From NCBI GenBank assembly GCA_013265495.1, contig MU058540.1, positions 2,319,696 to 2,383,695 of the forward strand: a DNA stretch of 64,000 bases. Direction: 5' to 3'. This DNA comes from Vicugna vicugna (taxonomy: Eukaryota). Below the pieces are notes generated by a model that saw nothing but the letters and a program-made list of their open reading frames with translations, ran no database searches and was not told the DNA's origin. Numbering within the stretch: the first letter of the stretch is position 1; each line of letters starts with the position of its first letter. Below, piece by piece: positions 54,845 to 64,000 of this stretch. A program made the position numbers and the translations under genes.

Positions 54845-55020
54845 AGAGCAGGTGGCTGCCTATTTTTGTGTTATTGGGGCACAGTCACATCCACTTAAAA
54901 ATTTATTATCTTCTGCTTTTCAGTTCCAGCCAGAGTTGAATGGTTGAGACAGATCCTAAGCTTCACAAAGTCTAAAATACTTACTATCCAGCCCTTCACT
55001 GAAAAAGTTTGCTGATCTTA
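54845..55020. mobile_element. MER58-like hAT element
   Basis: caaagtctaaaatacttactatccagcccttcactgaaaaagtttgctga. Confidence 0.7.
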
Positions 55021-55223
55021 GATTTAGATGCATTAAAAAAAAAAAAAAAGACGAGAAGAAAACACCAAAAATAATAACAGACGATTACTTTGGATAGTGG
55101 TATTATAGGTCATTTTATTTTTTATCTTTATACATTATTGTATTTTGTTATAGACCCATTTAATTTGGAAATGAAATAGCCTTATAAATACTAATTTTGA
55201 TGTATTTAGAGCGCATTTAATGA

Positions 55224-55403
<180 letters not shown>

Positions 55404-57117
55404 TAAATCCTGCTGTTGAATAGACTGGAAAAAATTGTGTTGTAATTACTACAAATGGAAATGCATTAGAGTACATCAAACTTTGGACCATCCTTCTCAT
55501 ACTGGGGTGCTAGTGGCCGCTGTGTTATGTCAGGTAGCCACGCAAAGGCTTAGGATGAAATTGGTACATCTTCCTGGAGTTCAAGTTTTACTTAAAGATT
55601 TTCAGAGGGAAAGCGTATAAACTTTTTTTTATAATAAAAAAGAATATATTATGAGGTACAACACAAACTCTGTAAGGATTTTTAACAGAAAATATTACAA
55701 AGAAATTTTATATTCTTTACCTGGTTTACTTAAGGCTGTATTATCAGAATGTAGGAATCTAAGGTATTTTGTGTTATGGGTTCAGTGAAGTTTTAGGAAG
55801 AGTGCCTTAGGTTCACGGAATGTCCTTCAAAGATGGCTGTTATTTTATGTATAATTTAATATTATAACTTTTCTTTTTAATTTTCAAAAGACAGCTTTAC
55901 CAGATTCAGGTGTTTTAATAAATGTGACAAAGGCATTGTTTAAGTTAAATACAATGTTTTCTTTTCTATCAGTTTGGAAATTTAAGACAATGCCATCCTG
56001 CAAAGGAGTGCTTAAACATCCTAATACCATAAGTAAATGGATGCGGTTGAAATATTAACTGAAAGTGAAAAAACAATTGACTGAGGACACTTATTTTCCT
56101 GAATTTCAAAATCAAGTTAAAAAGGATTTATGTTACTGCTGTATGAAAGGAACTGTAAAATTTGTAGCACTGTAGAAACAATGGCCATAGAGATTTTAGT
56201 CACTTGACCCTATTAATGGTTACTGTCTAGAAAAAAATTCAAAAATCTATAAATATAAAAAACAAAAATAAAAATAAAGATAGTGCAGTCCAAGATGAGT
56301 GGATAAAAAAAAAATCTGTAAATATATTACTTGGCTATTTAGACTTTGTTTCAATAATTAAACTTTTTTTCTTCATAGTAAGAAAAAAGTCACAGATATG
56401 TGATACTTTATTAGCATGCATTTGTTTCACAAAGTACAGATTTCTTCTAAATTGATAGCATTGCAGTTTAAATTTGGAATCGGGTTATGCACGCTGTTGT
56501 AATCACAGCTGCAGCATCTTATTTATTTTCATGTTTTAATTGCGTACTGTTGAGAAAATCCTGTTTTCCACAGATAACATCTATTCCTAGGTGTAATTTT
56601 ATTTAAGCATTCATGTGCAAACCTGAATTTTTAAAAGCTCAGTGCAGAGCTGCAGGCTTCTAATCAGTGACATGTTTATAAGAAGTTGAGATATGTGGGA
56701 AAAGCTGGCAGGAGAAACTTTTCTTCCAAAGTCTGCATAAAATCAATGGCCTGTCAGCTTAACTGATAGTTTACATTTGGTTTTTAACACAGTTGAGTGT
56801 GTATGCTGTTTTTCATTATACATTAATAAATGTGACAGAGACATTGTTATAGCTTTTTAAATGTAAAGAGTACTTTGAAAATGGAATGCAAACCAAACAT
56901 TTATGGAACCCCAAAGCGCCTTCAGGAGGCCCCAGGGTCCCACTGATGTTACCTATGCCAATTTAAGAACATGTAGTTTAGAAGGTTACTAACACTGTAA
57001 TTTATTGTTTTGCTTTTTTATTTCATAGTCAATTTAAGCCAACATTTAGGGCAAAAATTATTTTAGATTATCTGAATCTATGCCTTGGCTTTTCTAGCAA
57101 TCATAAGAAACAACCTT

Positions 57118-57251
57118 TTTTTTTAACATTTTTTATTGATTTATAATCATTTTACAATGTTGTGTCAAATTTCAGTGTAGAACACAATTTTTCAGTTATA
57201 CATGAACATATATATATTCATTGTCACATTTTTTTCTCTGTGCGCTACCAT
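57118..57251 (-). mobile_element. Young 5'-truncated L1 3' end (camelid-type)
   Basis: Perfect 12-bp TSD AGAAACAACCTT (57106-57117 / 57252-57263) and poly-T. Reverse complement of part of 22635-22770. Confidence 0.9.
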
Positions 57252-57800
57252 AGAAACAACCTTCTTTAGTATTTCATATTTAAATTTTCTGTGATGAGGT
57301 ACTTTGAAATATGTCTTACATGATATTGGGCTGGTTACATCTGGGCCATTCTTTATGTGTAGAAATCAAGAGGCCACAGTGATGGGATGCAATTGTTTTA
57401 ATTTAGGCAAGGCTGCAGGACTTTAAAAAAATGGGACTGACAGTAAAAGGAAAACAGGATTTCACTTTATATAAGCTGTTTTACAAGCAGCTTGCTAAGT
57501 AGCAGCCCCTCTTTTATATTAAGATGTTTAGGTTTTCACAGTATCCATGTAGAAAGTCACTTATACTTAGATATTGGTGATTTATTGTTGGAACAAAAGA
57601 AGGTACGTGGCTGAATGTTTCATAGTTTTGTGTTGGCAAATGTTTGAAGAGGGAATGGGGCCAAAAGACTTAATGTAGAACATTTCTGGAATTTTGGTCG
57701 ATTCTACAAATGCTTGTTAGGTTCACACAATGTCAAAATACTTTTGCCAGGTGAAGAACCAAGGCTTCCAAGTAAGCTTGACCAAGGATTTTAAGAGGAA

Positions 57801-57911
57801 TTCCTCTCCTCTTTCCTTCCTTCCTTCCTTCTTTCCTTCCTTCCTTCCTTCTTTCCTTCCTTTCTTTCTTTTCTTTCCCCTTTCCTTTCCTTTCCTTCCT
57901 TCTTTCCTTTT
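57801..57911. repeat. (TTCC)n/(TTTC)n polypyrimidine repeat
   Basis: Directly visible. Confidence 0.95.
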
Positions 57912-59194
57912 GGGCTACTATCCAATTTTTACCTTGCAGCCAGGCCTCCAAAGACAACAGCAGGAGCTTAAAACTCTGGAAAAATTTAAGTAAGTAATTG
58001 GTAAAAAAATTGATTTTTTAGGTGCCAGAACGCACATGTGATCTTTTACCTAAAAAATGCCTCTGATTCATAATCCATAGTTCATCTTAAGTTATTTTTT
58101 TTTATTAGTGATAATGAGTAACATATATAACTTTCCTATGTGTTACAAGAGCTAGGGGATGTCCTCTGTGACTGTAAGAATTATTCTCTGAACAAACTTA
58201 GCTGGTCCATTGCTGATTGAACTTTTGACCTTAATCTTATTAATAGCTGCTCTAAGGAAAGATTAAAGGGAAGCAGCCTGCTAGCTGCATCCTTTTGTTG
58301 TCTGAATAGGTACCACAAATATTGCCTAGTTAAGGGCCTAGAGATCTATACATTTTAAAGTTTTAAAATAATTAAGGGAACCCTTTCATAAATTTTACTT
58401 GAGAGTCTTAGATTCAATCTTACCATGATAGACCAAGTGATTGTTTTGGTTTACCTGGGTTAAATATATTAAATATTGTCTTTGACTAGTCACTGAGCTA
58501 AAGTGTTTTTTTGAGTGTATACCAATTTAATAAAGATGTATTACTTCTGTCTGTCAGCTTTTGGATCATTGTAGAACAGTCATCAGAGAGATTTGCTGAT
58601 TATTTGTATTGTAAATGTCTTTTCTAAATATTTAATTCTTGGGTTACTTTTAAATGTCTGAAATCATATAATGGCAGAAGAAGTAAGGAAATAGGCTAAA
58701 ATATGACTTGAATTAAAACGATATTTCCATTTAAGAAATGAGAGATGAATAGATTATAGAATGTTCCCCAGATCTATTTTAATGCTAGGAAACTTTTTGT
58801 CTTGCAATATTTATGACTAATACTCCATAAATAGAATCAATAGAGAAGGGATATTTGGAAAAGCCCATAAAACATTAAAAATACTTTGATGTAACACGGG
58901 TAGCTTTAATCTCATAAAAAGTGTCCCTTTTAAGGAAATTAAAATTTGACAGGGTATTTAGTAAGATTTTAATAGTAAAATAGGTTATTATGGAAGGTGA
59001 TGTTTAACAAGTAAAAAACAAAAACATAATTTGGGTAAAAACAAGTTGGAGTTATTATTAAGTATATGATAATGTAATGTTATTGAAATAAGGTAGCAGG
59101 ATTTGGAATTAGTTCCTATTAAAATGACTAAGACCTGATGGGTCCTATAGTAAGTTCAGTATTTTTTTATCATTTGATTTTTGTTTTCATATAG

Positions 59195-59253
59195 GTGATT
59201 GGTCTGTTGGATGTTTTCACACCTGCAAGGTCGTTGGAGGAATTCAATGATGT
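59195..59253 (+). CDS. MAPK14: MAPK14 exon 3, VIGLLDVFTPARSLEEFND(V)
   Basis: catatag| acceptor, GT|gtaagt donor, 59 nt. Confidence 0.98.
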
Positions 59254-59744
59254 GTAAGTAAATTTGTCTTTGCCTTCTTCAGCTAGAGGTTGAAGATTAG
59301 CAGCCCATTTCTACTCCTGAACCACTTAGCAGTATCCGACTTAGATTCTTTATTCCTGTCATCCAACTCTTCTGGGGATTGGGAATGGATACGAGAGGTG
59401 TATATTCTGTGTGGTGTATATTAGTATTTTCATTGTCTCAGGCACATTTGTCTCCTATTTGGAGAGACAGTGCTGGGTCCTTGCCAGAGTTCCATAGAAA
59501 AGAGTATAGGGAGTTTTGACCATGATTTTTATTCTCAAATTGTTACTTTAAAATGGAGAAATGTAATGGAGCTATGGTTCCACATGGGTTCTTCCCTTTC
59601 TCTTATCCCACCTGTGTGTGGGAAATGGTACTAGAACTGTATTATGAGCCTCCAAGTATTGGATTTCTGTTCTTTGACAAGGGGCGGGCCTCACGTGTTT
59701 AGAAAGCTGACAGATAGTGTTAATTCTCTAGGTTTCTGACCATC

Positions 59745-60060
59745 TGTGTTGTTTTAGCCTGGGAACCCCCCGGAAAGCAGAGTCTGAGATTCTCAGGAAC
59801 CAAGAATCAGGGGCTAGGGAAAGTGAAACAGGGAGGGAGAGGAAGTTGCTACAAGGGTGCGTTATTAAGTTGGTCACCTTGTGGGCAGCTGGACTGAAAA
59901 CCGCCAGGATCTTCTAGGAAGCTGTACAGAATGCACCTCATTTATCTGAGCCTGTTCTAACATTTATCCGCTGGCTCCTGACTCCATTGGCAAGGGTTGC
60001 CCCATGGGGAATTAATGTCCTCAAAAGCCCAGGTTGCACATGTGTGAGTACAAGGTAAAT
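59745..60060. mobile_element. Old ERVL-type LTR (LTR16-like)
   Basis: aagcagagtctgaga...gaaacagggaggga...gggtgcgttatt recalls LTR16. Confidence 0.55.
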
Positions 60061-60879
60061 TCCAGCAAATGTTCTGGATGTTGTGCACGTGTTGTGCATG
60101 TATGAGTGCTCTATTGTAGCTTTCCCAATGTCTGAATTAGCATACCTTCCTCCCATCTTCAACTCACAGATACATCATACCATAAGAGAGACAGAACACC
60201 TTAAATTTAGAGTTATACATTGTGTCCTGTTGAAATTTTGGCATTCCTAACTGGAAAGGATGACTGTTGTGAAAATCAGAACAAAATTGCAGATTATGGC
60301 TGCTCTTCCTAAACCTCTACTCCCCGTTGTCCCCAGTGCTGAACTTAATCAGTTTCTCCCCACCCTTATCCTGGGTTCATTTTCTCCTACTCTTATCCTT
60401 GGCCAAGTGCAAGCACCATTTACTCCTTTCCCAGAGAACAAGCAGGAGGGTTGTTTGAACTTGTACCTTCTGTCTAATGAAAGAGGAACAGAAAAAGAAA
60501 TGCAGGCTATGAAATGGAAAGAGAAAGAGGAAAGGCAGCAAAATTTTCCCCACCATTTGAACTTAGTTGGAACATGATATGACTGAGAGTAGAAGATGAG
60601 AGAGGAGAATCTGGTCTAAGTGCAAGAACTCCCACCCACATTAGCCTTGATCCTGTTAAGGAAAGTTTAAGAAACAAGCAAAGAGAAAAAAAAAAAGGCA
60701 ATAACTAAGAACAGCTGTGCTTCCTGAGCCCCACTTGGCACTATAACGTGGAGGCTTTCAGAGATTACTGGATGCTACCCAGGCAGGCAAGTTGTTGAGC
60801 CCTACTGTAGGCTGTACTTGGAATATTGCAGAATAATGCTTCTTTTCTTTAAAATTAATTCATTAATTTTTACTTTTTT

Positions 60880-61180
60880 AAGGATTTTATTTGTTTGGAG
60901 CAGCTTTGAGCTTAGAACAAAATTGAGAGGGAGGTACAGGGGTTTCCTGCTTACCCCCTGCCCCCTATATGTGCATAGCTTCCCCAGTTATCAACATCAC
61001 TCACCAGAATGGTATATTTTTTTACCAAGAATGACGTACATTGACACATTGTAATTACCCAAAGTCCATAGTTTACCTTAGCGTTCACCCATAATGTTGT
61101 ACGTTCTATGGGTTTAGACAAATGGATAATGACATAATATCATGATAATATTTACAGTGTATTTTCACTGCCCTAAGAAT
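60880..61180 (-). mobile_element. L1 3' end (L1MD/MC-like)
   Basis: gagcag.ttt...caaaattgagagggaggtacag...ccaaagtccatagtttac. Confidence 0.75.
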
Positions 61181-64000
61181 GATGGGTTTTGATATTCTGC
61201 CTAAATGTAGGGAAAATGCTGATGTTATTGGTTTGTAAATTATTTTGGAAAACGCTTGAATCAAGTTTGAGCTATATCCCAAAATTTTAGGTGTAACGAG
61301 GGTGGATTTATTTAAGAAAGGAATTGATGATTTGCTGACCTGAGCAAATGCTGTATTTTGCCTTAAGCAGTCATATGGACGTGGATTATGAACCTGTTTA
61401 TCTTTTATAAAAAGACCTTATTTAAGGCCAGTGTCTTTTGAGAGGTTAAGTTTTATCCATTGTAGCGCTTTTGCCCCTTCTATCCATTTGAAGGGACCCG
61501 ACTACAAGCATACTCACTGAACTGAAGTTGCATTTATTTCTGCATTCATTCAACAGATACCATGACTGCTGAGCAGGAATCTATTCTTTCTGCTTAACTG
61601 TAGCTGGCTTCTGAATATTTACTTATTTATTTCCAGCTTAATGGGCTATAACTGACATACAACACTGTGTAATTTGGGTTCTGATTGTTTATAAGCCAGA
61701 GCTTACTTCACTTCTTGGGAACAAATCTCAGTAACTACTCATTGAATGCTTGCTGAGCAGAGTGTTAGAACAGGCTCAGAATAATCAGAAACACTGGTCT
61801 TTCCCCCTGATGAAATAAAAATCTTTTTAGGGGAAATAATTCAGAGCACTTTTGTAACCAAATTACCAGTTGGCCATGTGACCTTGGACAGGTCACTTTG
61901 CCTCTCTGGGCCCCAGTTAACTTCCCTGTAAAATGACAAAGTTTGAGGTGGTTTTCAATCCCAGAGAATCTATGAATATAGAATGATAAATCTAAGTTTA
62001 CCTTTTGGAAAATGTTTCATTGTTTATTTTTTATGGTATGTATCACTAAGAGAAAAGTAGTGCTTGTCCAGGACCATGGTTATTTCAGTGTTTTCCAAAG
62101 TCATCTTAGAATTTACTCAAGAGATCAAAGATCTTCAGCTACAATTGCAGGGTTTGCGAATTTAAATACCTTTAGGGCCAGACAAATGACATAAACTAGG
62201 CTCGGTGTGATACAGTAGAATACCTGCACTTCCTTAAAGTATTCAAATTCACATTGAAACAAAATAAGCAAACAAACAAAAACCCACTAGTTCTGGCCAA
62301 ATCAAATGAGCTGAAGACTAGTGTCAGTCCATAGGCTGCCAGGTTTGGAGCAGACCGTAATTTTGAGCAGGAATTTTCTGTGCTAATGAACAAAATCCCT
62401 AATTGCTTTTCATATTTATAGTTGGCTTTTAACGTTATGTGTATTTGTGCCTTTGTGCTTCTGTTAGCACTTTTCATTTATCATACAATTTAAGTTTTTA
62501 CTGAACTTTACAGTTCTCGATTAATAGGCATCCTGCATACTTCATTGTAAGACTATACTTTTGAAAAAGGAACAAAAAAGAGGTGGTGAGTTTTGATCAT
62601 TAGGAACAGTGTGCAGTTACTGAGTCTACCTTCTCCTTCTAGCTTGCAAGCTCTATTAGAGCAGGGAGTTTGTTTTCTTCCTTGTTGGGTCCTTAGTAGT
62701 TAGAAATTTTCAGAAGTCAAGAGAGATGAACTGAATCACATAATACCACATAGAAAATTGCCCACATCTTGGTTCTTTTTTGGCTTTATTTCTAATCACA
62801 TTTTTCTTGATCCAGAGCTATGACTATTACTTGAAAGTTTACTAACCCTTTTTATTGGGTAAATACTGATAGGTTCTACATAAGATATCAAAACTAAAGG
62901 CCCTCAGTTGCATATGGTCTTATTAATGAGATGAAACATAAATGCTTACCTAAAACAACTTAAAGGACTGAGTCAAATTTGCAATGTCAAAGCAATACAC
63001 AGGGTATTAAGTGATCTCAGAATGTGAGAGCTTAGTGGAGGAAAGCGTCTAAGGGAAAAACAGATAAATAAAGGTGAGGTGTAGAGATTGAAATGTATTT
63101 CAGACAATCAAAGAAATGAAGGAAATATGTAAAGTATACAGAGAAAGAGATTTGTGTGGAATGAAAAATATTAAAGGAGTAGATAACCCTTGATTTTTCT
63201 TTTGTGCTTGGATAAAATTTGTTAGTAAGTTATGATTTGGGGGGCGAGGGTGGAGGAAAGTTGTTTTCTTAATTTAGCTAAGAGACATTATCTGCTTGGA
63301 AATAATGCTTTCCTCCATCACTGAAAGAAGTTCCCAGCTCATTTGTATGGACTTACAGAAACACTAATTCTTTGGAAATAGATTGAGTGTTCAAAATACA
63401 TAATACAGGAAGAGAAGCAGTCTAGCTGAAAGATGTATGAGTTAACTATTAACAGTTATAATTTTCGATTTATTTCCTTATTAGAGAGGTCTGATGAAAT
63501 GAGGATAGGGACTTGTTAAAGCTTGTAGATGCTGTCACTGACTCATATTCAGAATCTAAACAAATTACACATCCTTTAAGAAAATACCATTCAGTTTTTG
63601 TCTGATGTGATCAATCAGATGCCTCCCTTTTCTCAGGTTAATTGATGTAAAAAGACAAAGAAGCTTCAGGGACTCTTTCCAGTTTGAGTTCCTCAAGAAA
63701 TCTTTCCTTGATTAACTCCTTCCCAAGTCTGGGTTGGAACCCTTGCCTTATGTTCTCTGGCACCTTGATGTTCCCTTTTATAACTCTAATTTCAATAAGG
63801 TATATCCCTGCCTGGTCTTACTGGTAATACTATATGAGTTGTTCTGGGTCATTCAATTCAGTGGTAATTGAATGCCCACTATCTGCCAGACAATGTTCTG
63901 GGTACTTTAGATACTACAGAGAGAAAAAGAACCCTGTTTTCCTGAACATTGTACAGATAGATAGCAATAAACAATAAGCATATAAAAAAGGAAATTAGAT

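Overview
Mammalian genomic DNA, probably a camelid (inferred from a young tRNA-derived SINE and two L1 3' ends that resemble camelid repeats as I recall them). The window holds the head-to-head gene pair SLC26A8 (TAT1, testis anion transporter) and MAPK14 (p38-alpha). SLC26A8 is on the minus strand: seven coding exons run from 24930 down to 5962, the non-coding first exon(s) probably lie in a CpG island near 30.2-30.7 kb, and the gene continues past position 1. MAPK14 is on the plus strand: CpG-island promoter near 32.4-33.75 kb, coding exons 1-3 at 33164-33279, 55250-55379 and 59195-59253, continuing past the window end. All ten coding exons have canonical GT-AG boundaries, consistent phases and no stops. 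The rest is intron, rich in L1, L2, MIR, LTR and DNA-transposon fossils; repeat family names are from memory of consensus sequences, not a search. I found no convincing novel biological system. The best second-look items are a TSD-flanked retrocopy of an unidentified mRNA 3' end, a solo LTR 81 bp from an SLC26A8 donor site, an L1 with an apparent 3' transduction, an Asp at the SLC26 'PQG' position, and promoter motifs (twin TCTCGCGAGA, MYB cores, G4).
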